Numbered from the stretch's first letter, positions 1-12,682 are shown. The stretch is DNA of 64,000 nucleotides from Vitrella brassicaformis CCMP3155 (GCA_001179505.1 CDMY01000397.1:1-64000); one strand, 5' to 3'. Program-made: numbers and translations. Notes: generated by a model not told the origin, from the sequence alone.

Positions 1-44
1 GGGGGGGGGGGGGGAGGGGGAGGTGTCGCTTTTCATGAAGCCGA

Positions 45-2000
45 TCTGTGTGTGTTATGCTTGAGGAGTGGCTGCATATGTGCCACGCGATTAACTCATC
101 TGCGTATGCTTCTGTGCATGGTCTGAGGGTTGGAACAGAAACTTCATGGGTGTGAGTCGGCGATGAATTTATTGGTGCGCCTGACATGGAAGCAGGGATG
201 GCTAGCTGGATGGATGGATGGATGGATGGATGTCGGTCGTGTCATCGAATGTGGATGAGAGAGAGGAGGGCTGCTTGATTGCTTGTACGCGCGAGCTGCG
301 TCAGTTGCGTAGCTAAATGTCTCCCCTCCTTTGTCCCTACCTCGTACTGTGTTTTTTGGGCCAAAACCTGGCGGCCCTTTGTCGAGTGTGCCTGTGGGTG
401 TGGGTGCGTGGGTGTGGGGTGGCAGTCATGTGTGTGATGCAATCGACAACTGACTACACGGGCCTCCTGCTGTGTTTTTTGGGCCAAATTGTGGCGGCCC
501 GAGACCGCCGCATTTGTTACGTGGCGCGTGGAATGGGTATTCTCTGACTGCGAGAAAGACGAAGTAGATCGAAGAAAGACCGTTCACTGCAGAAAGACAA
601 ACAACTCACCAATTTAAAGCCGTCCTCCGGCAAAGGATGTGTCTCCGGCAACACATGTGTCACACTTGACGGAACAAATCTGTCCATCCATCCATCCATC
701 AAGGCAATCAGTCCCTCCCCCACCACCACCTGTGCCATCCCTTTTTGCCATTCCTTTGCTTAGGGAAATGGGACACGGGACACGGGGGGATAAAGAGTAG
801 GCAGTGATCTGCAGAAAAAATGAAGGCACGCAGACGAGCAGACACATGGAGACACGCACCTGGACATGATGAGCAGGTGTCCTCAGCACACCCGACAGAC
901 AGAGACAGCCTCAGACACCTTCCCGCCTCACTACAGCAGTCGTGCAAATGGGTCAATCACAGCTACCTACCAGGTAATATGTGTGCAGGCGAGTGTGTGT
1001 GTGTGTGTGTGAGTGGGTCACCGCATGCATTGGAATGCATATAAGAAAAATAGGTAGGTCACGGCGAGTAAGTGTAAGTCGTCTGACTCACTGCACTGCA
1101 CACATGGACGCCCGCCACGGCAGCCCAGCAGCCAGCATGCCACTAGAAAGTCCCGTGCCAAGGCGCGTGTGTCCGTCACCCTCCCTCAACCAGCACGCCA
1201 CGCGACCACGCCGAAGAATCCGCCACGGCACGCGATGCATGAATGAATGTCACCGCCTGTCTGTCGTGCCCTGAGTGTAAGTGAGTGAGTGAGTATGTGT
1301 CCGCCTCGCACATCCATCCATCCATCCATCGAACACATCGCATACACGCACAGCTGACCCTCACTTCAGCAGTCCCGTAGGGGGTCCTTGTCACCTGGGT
1401 ACATCTCGGATACGAGTCGTTCTTTGCCTGTGTCTGGTGGGTCACCGATGTGCATTGGGGCAGCAAGTGATATGGCTGGTGCGAGGGCGGGAACAGGGAC
1501 GTGGGCGCGAGCATCGGGGTCGGCCAGGGGGAGACCCGGCGCAGCATGTTGGCTGGATTGTTGCTGGGTTGGCAGGGGATGGGCTTCTTGGCGCGGTAGT
1601 CATCGCCCCTTCGCAGGTACCTGATGGACAGACACAGATGGATAAGGGTACGTCTGTTTGTGTTCCTTCTCCTCTCTCTGCTGACGTACGGGCTGGTGTG
1701 CGGCCACTCGGCCGGATGACACACTCAGACCTCTGGGCCTCTGTCTACGAACTGGACAGCGGAGAGCTGTCGGTCTGTCCCTCCGGACGTTGCAGGCGAC
1801 TTCACAACTTATGCCGGTTGTAGGGCAGTAGTTCACCGCACGGATGCTTGTCGGTGTGTTGGTTGAAGTTGGTGTGTGTGTGGCACAGCCCAGCCCGCGG
1901 ACACGCCACCGATGAATGTCTACATGTTGCGTTGTCGGTCGCCGCAGTGCCATGATCCTGCGGCTGCTGGGGCTCGTCATCGGCCGCCAGATCGGAGGCG
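45..2000 (-). pseudogene. Degenerate partial paralog of the 4000-5310 region (3' part of the HAD-like gene locus)
   Basis: Collinear similarity with the downstream region: RYLRRGDDYRAKKPIPCQPSNNPANMLRRVSPWPTPMLAP (~1440-1625) vs RYLRKDPGHNKGRPIACPPTINPANLLRRVSLWPSPLLAP (~4590-4710). TTGACGGAACAAATCTGTCCATCC (~667) vs TTGACGACACAAATCTGTCCCATCC (~4195). ~45-180 resembles ~4000-4140. No HAD motif I exon or clear start found; it could instead be an intact short gene. Confidence 0.4.
208..231 (+). repeat. (GGAT)n microsatellite, representative of many copies
   Basis: Perfect GGAT run; similar GGAT/ATCC runs recur near 680, 1310, 3920, 7040, 27780 and 40020. Confidence 0.95.
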
Positions 2001-2428
2001 CAGCTGACGATGGACGAGTGGCCTTGGTTGGTTGGTTAGTGTGTTTAACGAGACTCGTGTCTGTAACCCCGGAGGGATCCTGTTGTCTCACGCACTAAAC
2101 TAGCAGCATGTACATGCCTTAGCTGTAGCTCATGCCGTGGTAAATTCATTCGGTCGTGCGAGCTTGGCATGAGGAAGCCCGGGGCTCGAGAGGATGCCAT
2201 CCTGCTGGACGATCTGCCTCTGACCAGCCTAGATCAGGCTCTTTCTCTCCGAGAGAGCTCCGTTGGAGAGCTCTCTGTGTTTGTCGCGGGAAGACAGTCT
2301 TCCCTGTCCTGGGCCCTCAGCTGCGGTGTGCGTCATCTGTTCCGCCGACAACCCATTGCCATCTCTTTCCTTCCGCTTTTGTGTCGATTGCATCATCGCC
2401 TTGGGAGTCACTTTCTCTTGCCGTCGAG

Positions 2429-3538
2429 ATGAAGCTTCAGATCTTTCTGTGCCTTGTCGGCCTCGCTGCAGTGCGCACTGCTGCCCCCTTCGACACCAAC
2501 GCGGCGGCCACTGCGGCCGGCCCATCAGCTGCCGATGCCGCCACCAACAAAACGGTAGGCAGGCTGCCTGTCACTGTGCGTCGGTTCTCTCTTCATCTGC
2601 TGCTGTGAATGTGTGTGTGTGCAGTCAGTGTCCACCCCCCAGGAGGATCATGATGCCAGTCGTCTCGATAACAATGTGGGCAATCATCGCTGTGCTGATA
2701 CATTTGTACTTGTGTGTATACGAATGTGATGTATGTGGCGTCCGTGTGTGTGCAGGTTGGTGGTGAGGGCGGCCACGGCGAGGAAAGCCGCCGCCGTCTG
2801 CAGCGCAATGAGCAAGTCATCCAGAACACCGTTTATCACTATGGCCCGTGTCACAGTGAGGTGCTCCTAGACGACGCAAAGAATCTAGCTCGTGAGGAAG
2901 CAGACTCACGGGGGGACGAATGGAACGTCCAGTCTGTACGGCTTGTGGGAGACCCCCGCTACATTCCGGATGATGGACGGGGGTCGTGCGAAGGCGACGT
3001 GGAGATCGTGCTTGTCAAGGTGCGAAATACACACACGGCGTACACGCAAGTCACTTGTTGTCATCGTGCGATTCGACTGACTGACCGTGTTTTTACTTCT
3101 CTGATATGCGTGTGTGAACAGGGGAGGGAAATCTGGGTTAGCAACAGCTGCAATGAGCCCGTCGACCTTACCCTCCTTATGAAGTCGTCGACATTGGGCG
3201 TGTGGGTCTGCCCGACCTGGACGATCCCTCCCAATGAGAGCGATTTCTTCAGGTCGAACGGCAAGCGTCAACGGACCGCAGGCACAAGCAATCTCTACTG
3301 GCACGCGGAGAGCGCTTATGACGGGTCGACGTATGCGGGGATGACGGGCGACCATATCAAAGAGTGCAACAGCTCTCCTGGTACGCGGGGGCGCTATCTG
3401 GACATGAACAAGGCAAGTGCAAGCAGGGACCGCAACAGCTACGGCAATTGGAGCCTTAAAATAACGTGCAATCGGCGCCTCCGAGCGGCTACAACCGACG
3501 ATAATCGGGCTGATACCAGCTCGGTCGACGAAGCTTGA
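2429..3538 (+). CDS. Secreted protein of unknown function (signal peptide, RRL-flanked Cys-containing domain)
   Basis: ATG 2429 starts MKLQIFLCLVGLAAVRTAA (hydrophobic signal-like). Phase-0 GT-AG intron 2555-2755 joins in frame to VGGEGGHGEESRRRLQ; second intron ~3020-3121; ends ...SSVDEA-TGA at 3538. Confidence 0.7.
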
Positions 3539-4334
3539 GACCACGTGGGAGCAAGGAAAGTGCGTGAAGTGTGTGTCCGGGGGGGGGGGAAGGGGCATGC
3601 ACGTTGGGGGACACAGCTGTCTGTCTGTCTGCCTACTCCTCTTCTGCCTGCTCGACTGCACGTTTGATTGCTCGTTTGCTTACCTGTTTGTATGAGTTGC
3701 GAATGTAGTTGAGTATCCTCTCCCTCTCGCCTCTCGTGGTTTGTCTGGTTTTGGCCGAATGGCCTGTGTGTGTGTGTGGGTGGGCCTGTGGATGGGTGTT
3801 TGGTCGGTGTCGCATTTGATATGACTCGATCTCTGTGTGATGAGATGGAGGGACGGTTTCCCCTCGTGCGTTCTGTTGAAGGGCTGGAACAGGCAATCCC
3901 GCCTGTGCGTGCGCGCGTGTGTGGATGGATGGATGGATGGATGTGTGTATGGTGGCGCTCGTGTGTGTGTTCGGACCGTCCTGGCCAAATTTGATGAAGC
4001 CGATGTGTGTGTTCTAGCCTGAGGAGTGGCTGCATGAGTATACTGCACACGGTTTGTTCGTATGTGTCGCGTCTGTGCGTGGTTCAAAGATTGGACCAGA
4101 CACTTTATGGGTGTGGAAGTCGTCGCTGAATGGATTGGTGGATCGATTGAATCATGCCTGCACAAGAGGCGTCCAACGAACAGCGAATGTCTGTTGACGA
4201 CACAAATCTGTCCCATCCATCCACACAGTCCCTCACCTCACACACTCACACCCTTAGGCACAACAGCCAGCTGACAATGTTCCATGGAACACACACACTA
4301 CACCCACAGCTGCCTTCCTCCTATCCCCCGCCCC

Positions 4335-6070
4335 TCATCCCTTCCACCCGAACAATCTCCCCGGTTTGTTGGCTTCCAAGAAGGAAGTCCTCTGCAGATG
4401 GCTGACGGCCTTCCGTGCCCTTTTGGCCGCCGGCTGCTGGGTGGCTGCCTCTTCTGTGCCGGCCTCCTCGCTGACGACCGTGATCTGGGGCCGCTTCGGC
4501 TTCGGGGGGGCCAGTCTGAGTGGTGTGGGGAGTGGTGTGTCCGGCGGGCTGGGCGGCGGGACGGCCTGTGGTGTGGAGGGGGGAGCGGGGGCGAGGAGGG
4601 GGCTGGGCCACAGGCTCACACGCCGCAGCAGGTTGGCAGGGTTGATGGTGGGCGGACAGGCAATGGGCCTCCCTTTGTTGTGGCCGGGGTCCTTCCGCAG
4701 ATACCTGATTAGACAGACAGACAGACAGATCTGTCTGTCCTCTGTCTCACACACACACACACACAGATCCACACGTACGTGTCTGTGGTGCGGCGGATGT
4801 CAGCGTACAGCTCGGCGATGGCGGCCTGCCGTCTCCTGGAGAATCGAGTGTCCTATATGTGTGTGTAGATGGACAAAGAATACCAATCAACAAAAGGAAA
4901 GGCGTCACGCACAAGCGAGAATGGCTGTGGAGTGGTTTGGTGTGTGTCTGCAGACAGACAGTGCGTACCAGGACGAGATTCTCGCTGTGTGTCTGCCCAA
5001 TCATCTTGTCCCACTGCCGAACAATACCCTCTCGTTGCTGCGTGGGCACACACACACACACACACACACACACGTGTGACACCGTGGGTGAAGTCACACA
5101 CTGCGTATGTGTCTGTGTGGGGTACCCACCAGGGTCAGTAGTTGCTCTGTCGGTGTGGGCAGCATCTTGACTTTGCGCACCACGCCGCCACCGACAAACC
5201 TGTGGGCAGAGACGAACACACGGGTGGGTGGATGGAGGAATGTCGTGTTGCATTCTGCTGTCGGTACCCTCTGTTGGCCTCGAGAGCAGAGAGGTCATGC
5301 GGCTGGTCCGCAAACGACCACACAGACTCGACGTTGATGCCCCGTCCTCCACCACCTTCAGTGCGTCAGCAAAACACCCCCCTCTGCACACAGCAAAGCA
5401 GACACACACAAAAGACGCACAGACACACAGTGTCCTCCCTTGTGGTGATGTGTGGATGCATGGGCCCCTCTCTCATGTCACACACACCTTCCACGTGTAG
5501 GACAGTCGCGGGTCCGCCCGCCCGCACAGGTCGGCATGGCGGCGCGCCGATACGACGGGGATCTGGTTGGCGGTCAGAAAGGTCCGCACCTTCTCATACC
5601 CCGACTGTGCGAGGCAGGTCGTCAGCCTGCACACACACACACAGACAAATGTTTGCAGTGACACGTGTCACCAGCGTGTCACACACTGACCACCCAGGGG
5701 AGCCGTTGGAGATGATCATGACCCGCCCGTCCTCGTGTGCCCGCCGGATGACGGCCAGGGCGGCCTCGCCGCTCTGCAACGGCGCGGGGGACGGCCCGGC
5801 GTTGCTGAAGAAGGACGTGGGGAACAGTGTGTCGTCCTGAACAGATGCATTCAGTCCATAACATGCATGTGCATCCACAAACCATGGAGATCTTTTGTGG
5901 TTTCCGCCCCTCACCCAGTCGAATATGTACAGCTTGAACCCGCCCTGCACCATGGGAACCATCTGCAGCGCGGGGCTGGCCGCCAGGGTGCCCTCCCGTC
6001 CATGCGGCTGCTGGGGCTGCTTACCGCCGGCCGCCGCGGATTCGCCCAACATGTACACGCCGAACTTCAT
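4335..6070 (-). CDS. HAD-superfamily-like protein (FDWDDTLxPT family), probably with a Pro-rich C-terminal tail
   Basis: Spliced motif I KLYIFDW|DDTLFPT; motif II region VMIISNGSPGW; then IPVVSARR...YTWK, SFADQPHDLSAL and RKVKMLPTPTEQLL in successive exons down to ~5110. Attachment of the Pro-rich 4335-4710 exon and the start (ATG 6070) are uncertain. Confidence 0.65.
5047..5072 (+). repeat. (CA)n microsatellite, representative of intronic CA/TG runs throughout the window
   Basis: Perfect CA run; similar runs next to splice sites in most genes (e.g. 7424, 16445, 16665, 23550). Confidence 0.95.
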
Positions 6071-6286
6071 GAGGCTCGGCACGGCGATGCGTTCCCGCCT
6101 TGAGGGCAGACGGGGCGTGCCTGTAGGGCCGTGCTGTTGTCGAATGCGGAACGACGAGTGCCTTCTGACGGCGATGGACACTGCTGCTGGACGACCCAGC
6201 CGGTTGTCACAATTTGCCTTTGCAAATCACTCGACGCCGCGGTTTTCAGCTGACACCAGGGAAGAGCGCTGGGTTTTTCTCATCCC

Positions 6287-6300
6287 GATCTGCGAGCTGA
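6287..6300. promoter_or_regulatory. Candidate promoter element GATCTGCGAGCTGA (core TGCGAGCT)
   Basis: Lies in the HAD/PP4 divergent spacer; its exact 14-nt reverse complement is at 18310-18323 in another divergent spacer. Confidence 0.55.
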
Positions 6301-6483
6301 GAGCTTGTGTCTTCGGGAAGGCATTCGCTGAACGGATGATTAGCACAGCTGGGGGGCTCACGTAGATGCCATTGTGCTGGAAGATCTGCCTCTGAACCGC
6401 CTCTTTCTGTCCTCTGCCTGCCGCCCTGCATACACACAGACAGACAGCTCATCGGCGACTGATCGGTGCAGGCATCGACCGTC

Positions 6484-8072
6484 ATGACAGATCTCGACCG
6501 CCAGATAGAGCAGCTGAGGAGGTGCGAGTACATCAAGGAGGCCGAGGTCAAGGCTCTCTGCGCAAAGGCGAGAGAGATACTCGTCGAGGAGAGCAATGTG
6601 CAGCGAGTGGATGCTCCAGTCACGGTGAGGCGTGCAGCACGCAGGAGGGCGGGAGAGCCTCATTGCATTCTCCACTCATTGCCTTTTTCTGCGCGCGCAC
6701 GTCTGTGTGTGACGTGTTCAGATCTGCGGTGACATTCACGGTCAGTTTTATGACCTGGTGGAGCTCTTCAAAGTGGGCGGCAACTGCCCCGACACCAACT
6801 ACCTCTTCATGGGTCGGTCAACGGGGAAGGAGGGGCCGCCACGATGGGCACCGCGTGGCTCGTGTGGCTTTTGGGCGCGTGCAGGTGACTTTGTTGATCG
6901 GGGTTTCTACAGTGTGGAGACTTTCCTCCTGCTGCTGGCTCTCAAAGTCCGATACCCAGACAGAATAACACTCATCAGAGGTCAGTATGCCGACATGCGG
7001 ACGCCCTCACATGCACATGGATATCCCGCTCTGCTTGTGTCAATGGATGGATGGATGGATGGATTGGTCAGGGAACCACGAGTCGCGTCAGATAACGCAG
7101 GTGTACGGTTTCTACGACGAGTGTCTTCGCAAGTACGGCAGCGTCAACGTGTGGCGGTACTGCACCGAGATATTCGACTACCTCTCACTCGCCGCACTCA
7201 TCGAAGACAAAATCTTCTGTGTCCACGGCGGCCTGTCCCCGTCCATCAACACACTCGACGATGTGCATGAGAACCAGCATGCAACATCAGAACCCATGAA
7301 TGTCCACGTGTGCGCGCGTGTGTGTGTTGGTCAGATCCGTATGTTGGACAGGAAGCAGGAGGTGCCGCACGATGGCGCCATGTGCGACCTCATGTGGTCA
7401 GACCCTGAGGGTAGGTACACACACACACACACGCACACACACACACACACGAGGGGAGCAAGACACACGGGCAGACGGCTGTTGGTTCTTGTGCCTCCCG
7501 TGTCGGTTGGGTGCAGACATGACTGGGTGGGGTTTGAGTCCTCGTGGTGCGGGTTACCTGTTTGGGGGCGACGTGGTGTCGGAGTTCAACCACCAGAACA
7601 ACATACAGTGCATCGCACGGGCACACCAGCTGCAAATGGACGTAGGCGACCACAATGTACGTGTGGATCGGATTGTGTGTTATTACACCTTTCCACCCGT
7701 GTGGTGTAGGGTTACCGGTGGATGTTCAACAAGACGCTGGTGACGGTCTGGTCGGCGCCAAACTACTGCTACAGGTCACTCCACTCTCACCCACATCCAC
7801 ACTCCCACTGATACCTTTGCACAGGTCGATGTGTCGTGTTTGTGTGTTCAGGTGCGGCAACGTGGCTGCCATACTGGAGCTCGACGAGAACCTCCACCAG
7901 AACTTCAAGATATTCGAAGCCGCACCACCAGTACGCAATACACAGACACGCGCATCGCCCGCGTGTGCGCTTCTCGGGGCACGTGTGTGTGTGGTGTGTG
8001 TGTGTGGTTTGCTGATTGCAGGAGTCGAGGGGCGTGCCTTCCAAGAAGCCCGCACCAGACTACTTCCTCTGA
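6484..8072 (+). CDS. PPP4C: Serine/threonine protein phosphatase 4 catalytic subunit (PP2A family)
   Basis: N-terminus [47 protein letters not shown] is PP4-typical. Spliced PPP motifs [27 protein letters not shown] are present. C-terminus ...[11 protein letters not shown]-stop at 8072. Confidence 0.96.
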
Positions 8073-9382
8073 CGAGAGCTCGTGTCGTGTCGGCCCGAGA
8101 TGGCCTGTTGCTGCTGTACAGATGCCAACCCACCCCCTGCTACCTTACCCCCTCCAGCCATCCATATGTACGATGATCGACAGCTGTTCTGTGTGCAGTA
8201 AAGAGCAGACACAGCAGAGAAAGCGCCACTCGCTCAGAGAGATTGATGGGTGTTGAGTTTCTGCTGCTTAGACGGATTGGTGTGTGCCTGTCTGTGAGTG
8301 AGAGGTACGTCGGCGCTTCTTTCGCCGGCCAGCCAGGTCTGTGTGTGTGGAATGGACTCCATTGGTCCACCGATGGACTGATTACGACGCAATTTGTGGT
8401 CAAAGCCTTCCTTGTATGTGTGGATGAGGCACGGATGAAAGCGAGTGCGTCAAGATGGCGCATGTGCCGACATCACATCTCTTCAGTCTGCCGCTGCAGC
8501 CAGAGCCACATTTCGGCCTCTTGCAATGGATTCGGCGTGACACAGCTGTGGCTTGAATCGCGCATCGCCTCGTGCACCCATGTGTGTCCATCCAATGGCA
8601 TCCATTCATTCACTCATTCCTCCCTCCCTCACATGCATCCCGCCCATGACACAGCAACGCGAAAACACCAACACGCTAAATGTGCTGGTGCTCTGGCGTC
8701 GCTGAGCCATACGATATGCATGTGAGAAAGAGAAAGACATACCACGAATCAGTCTTCTTACAGCCCACTACAAAAGGCGTAAATTACGGATAGGCTGACA
8801 CAGCCCACAGCCGCATCACTCAGCTGCGTGTATCTATTATCTATCTACACGAGTGGCAGGACGCCAAAAGGCGCTCTTCAAGTGAGAGCACACACGCAAT
8901 CGATTCATTCACCCACGTGTTGTGCACAACCGTCCCACAACCAAGGAACAGAAAGCATTGACGTGTGTTGAGTGCCTTCACCCGCATCCCCCTCTTGTCT
9001 GCATCTCATGGGACATGGACATCTCAAAGCGACAGACACATTCACATGCTGTCACTCTAACGGACACACAGAGGAGAGCAAAGACGACACAGATATAAGT
9101 AGATACGCACCCACATGTGTGAATGGGCGTGTGGTTGCTACGCTGTTCGCTTGTCTGTCTGTGCGTCGGCAGTGTGTGACGTCTGCACATCAACCAGAGA
9201 TAAGACCACTCTCGCGAGCAGGCGTACCACTCAGCCATCTCACAGACAGCAAACTGAACAGCACAGACAACATGACGATGCACACAGCAAGTGACACGAC
9301 AGATCCAAGAACACGAGACGGATACGACGGCTCTCTGCAGCCAGCCATGCATTCACGCGACAGAGAAAGCGACTCACTCAGC

Positions 9383-10470
9383 TCAGGTCAGCAGCAGCTC
9401 ACTCGACGCATCGGCCGATCTGCCTTCCATGAACACGACCGGCAGCATCCTGCAGCCTATGGCAAACTGGGCGAGGGCAAATTGGGCAAGGGCAGCAGAG
9501 AGGGAGGGGGCGAAGGGGGGCGGCGAGAGTGTTGACGCGCTTGTGAAGCCGGACTCGGCTGCCGGAGATCTTGCGGAGCTGTGGGCATCAGTCGCCACCG
9601 CTGTTCCACCACCATCTGCAGCACGCGCCACACACAGACGGCCAGATCACATGCGGCCAGAAATGCATCCCTCTGTACGCATCCGCACCTCAGCTGACGG
9701 AGGAAGGCTGTAGATCCATCGCCTATGAGCTCGCAACCCGAAAGGGTGGGTTGGTTGGGCATCCGGCAGCACGCTCTGCGTGCAAACCACCGCCCTCCAA
9801 CCTGGGAGGCCTCCTCCCGAACAAATCCAGGGAACTGCCGGCGTGTCCGCCCCTTGGTCCCCGGCACAGGAGTTGGGGTGCTTCTAAAAGACTGCGGTGA
9901 TCAGAAACCACCCAGTCACAGACCGTTCCTGCACGGGAGTGGTCTGCCGATGAAAGTGCGCGAGTGCGAGTAATCGGACGGCACAGTGCGGGAGCTGGTG
10001 AAGCGGTCCGTTCGCCAGCGACTTCCTCACTATAAACGAAGCCCAGGACCTGCACCGCCACCCGACACGCGGTGGTGACCTCCCCCTCTCTCTCGGCTAC
10101 ACCGCACCGCACCGCATCAGGAAGGTATGCACAGCAGACAGTGAGGCAGCCGACACGAGACTTGAATGCATGAGACCAGACATGTGCCCATATCGTTGTG
10201 TGTGTACTTGCTGTTGGTGCAGACTGCCGGCATTGCCAAGGCGACATACAGCCGCGGAATTAAGCAGCTCAATCAGCTGGTCATCGCCCACGGCCGAAGA
10301 AGTCCCCCCGCGACCTTGATGGGCGAGGGAGAGAGAGGAAGGGATGGCGATGTCGCTGAGCCGCTCCTCTGACGAGTCTCGCGACCCATCCAATCAGGGT
10401 CGGTCGCGAGACTCACAGGAGAGCGACTCAGCGACACACAGACATCCCCTTCCTCTCTCACGGCTCACAT
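9383..10470 (-). CDS. Possible multi-exon hypothetical protein
   Basis: Several exon-like open stretches (DDQLIELLNSAA; EREGEVTTACRVAVQVLGFVYSEE; ...SELLLT-stop 9383) separated by microsatellite-rich intron-like DNA; no motif recognised and splicing not resolved. Confidence 0.3.
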
Positions 10471-11170
10471 GCCGCGGTGTCGTCGTCCCCGTCTGACGAT
10501 CAGCCAACAGCCGACGAACACAGCACAACAACCGCTCTGGTGCCACTGGGCACCACCACGTGACCCCTGCCATGCCATCCATCAGGGCACTGCATGAGTG
10601 CCGTGTATCCTGTGGGCCCTTCTTGAGCGCATTTGTGTGTGAGAGGGTCTGTGTGTGTGTATGTATGCCAGGTAGCCCCTGAGGTGTCGGCAGTCGAGCT
10701 GGCAGTGAAATCCATTCCTTCCTCTGCTGTTTGTTGCCTTATTCTATGCCCTTCAGGTCCCACTGACGTGCCTACGCTCAGCCGGGTCACTCGGCCTCTC
10801 CTCCAAGGCCATGAGAATTGTGGTGCTGCATTCAGAGCGGACAAGATGCCCTCACACCCACAGAGATTTCACGTTTGATGAGTGGGCGGAACGTCTGTCT
10901 GTCTGCGTGTGGAATGGACTCGATTGATGCACAGATGGATGGATTATGTATGACGGAATTTGTGGTCAAGCCGTATGGATATATTGTATTGTATGGGTGT
11001 TTGCACAGTCTGTCGTCATACAGCCCCACACCATCCATCCCTACACACCACATCTCTGCACGCCTCCAGTCTCACTCATCACACAGACTCTATAGACTCT
11101 ACATCGGCGGATCGAAATCGTGTCAGACGCACGGACCATATGCACCGCCGCATCCGTGCAGCGCCGCCAC

Positions 11171-12682
11171 TCATCCGCTCACACGTACATATACTCTATC
11201 CGCTGGATCGTCCCGCGGCACTTGGCGCACTGCCGCTCGGCAGCAGGCAGGGCTATCACCTGCTGGGCGCACGCCGCACACATGTACAAATGCCTCTGAC
11301 ACACACAAACACAAACACACACACACACACACAGAGGACGCACAATGAACATGGAAGGACGGCAGATCCTTCGCTACTCTCTCAGGCCGGTCGATTGACT
11401 TACACATGGGAAGACGGCGACCGACTTGTCGGCATCCAAACACACCGCACACTTGGTCGCTTCCTCTAACCTGCACACACACAACCCACAACAAAGGAAA
11501 CAGGAAGGCATGTGAGAGCCCACGTCTGCAGCTGATGTGCATCGGAATACCTTTCCTTGAGTTCGTCCTTCTCCTTGCTGACGGCCCTCAGCCTCTCCTC
11601 GGCCTCGTCCAGGGCGCTCTGCACCGCCTCTTCGACCTCTCCGAAGTTCCCACGATCAGCAGTGTGGAGTGGGGCTGACGGTGGTGGCGGTGGTGGTGCA
11701 GGGGCCGCAGACGGGAAGAAAGGCGGGGCATCGGGATTCAGCCCACGATTGGTGGAGGGAGGAGGAGGGGGAGGGGGAGGGCAGAGGGGAGGGAGAGGGG
11801 TGAAGGGAATGAGATGGGGAGGAGGGGGCGGCCGACGCTGCCTGCGGATAGCCGTGAGGATGCTGTTGTATCGCGTCAAAGCGAATACCTCTGTGGGTCC
11901 GAGCTGGAAGATTGGCGGCAGCTGGGCAGACTGTCTGAGCGGCATGCGGATGTGCCACAGCCCCCTGACGCTGGCCAACGATGAGAGGCTCGTGTGCACG
12001 AAGGTCTCCCCCTCCTGTCTGCTCCATCTGTGACGCTCACGCTCTGTACAGATACACACAGACAGAACAAGTGCATCAGATGCGTCCGTGCGCTCATATC
12101 AACAATATCACTCCATTGCTGATCACTCAGAGTGACGACCACCCCTAGCTGCTGTATCTCGGGTATCTCGTCCCTCCTCTCGCCCCACGTGAATGGCGTC
12201 AGCTTTTCCACCTCCCTCATCTCTACATGCATGTGCGGGATGGTCTTGCCAGGTCCCATCTCCAGCAGCAGACCCAGCACCTCATCCGCACTCCCCTTGA
12301 CGTGGAGGTTCTCCAGCTTAGGCATTGCATTCGCCAGCCATCCACCCGCCTCACACATGCGGTCGCCCACATAAAGGTCCGTCGCCTCAGGGAAGGCGCC
12401 GTGGCTGAGATGGCGCAGGAGGGCTGGCTGCTCGTAATGACAGGTGGCGGTTCCGGCCGTGTAGATGTAGACGCTTCTGGCGTAAGGGAACGTCAGTGCC
12501 GAGATGACGGCCACCTCGCCCCATTCTGGAGCAGTCAGCCGTCGGGTTTGGAGAGGACCCGGCGCAGAGCTGATGTCCCATTCGATGGCGTCTGCTTGGC
12601 TGGCGAGTTGCAGCAGGTTGTGGCGACTGGGGCGATCTCCGGGGAGGCTGATGGACAGCCTTCGCGTGCACGAAAATGTCAA
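11171..12682 (-). CDS. C-terminal C3HC4 RING E3-ligase-like protein with PAM2-like motif, coiled coil and LRR-like N-terminal region
   Basis: Spliced RING: LEEATKCAVCLDADKSVAVFPC|RHLYMCAACAQQVIALPAAERQCAKCRGTIQRIEYMYVSG-stop (11171). Upstream exon has poly-Pro, GLNPDAPPFFP and the helical EEAVQSALDEAEERLRAVSKEKDELKERY. The N-terminal exon (MPKLENLHVKG) is LRR-like. No ATG found at the 5' end of the ORF. Confidence 0.75.

Noticed and set aside
345-499. Imperfect ~30-nt direct repeat (CTGTGTTTTTTGGGCCAAA...TGGCGGCCC) resembling a CRISPR or TE end
   Set aside because: Only two copies, no array, no transposase or Cas gene; most likely a local slippage duplication.
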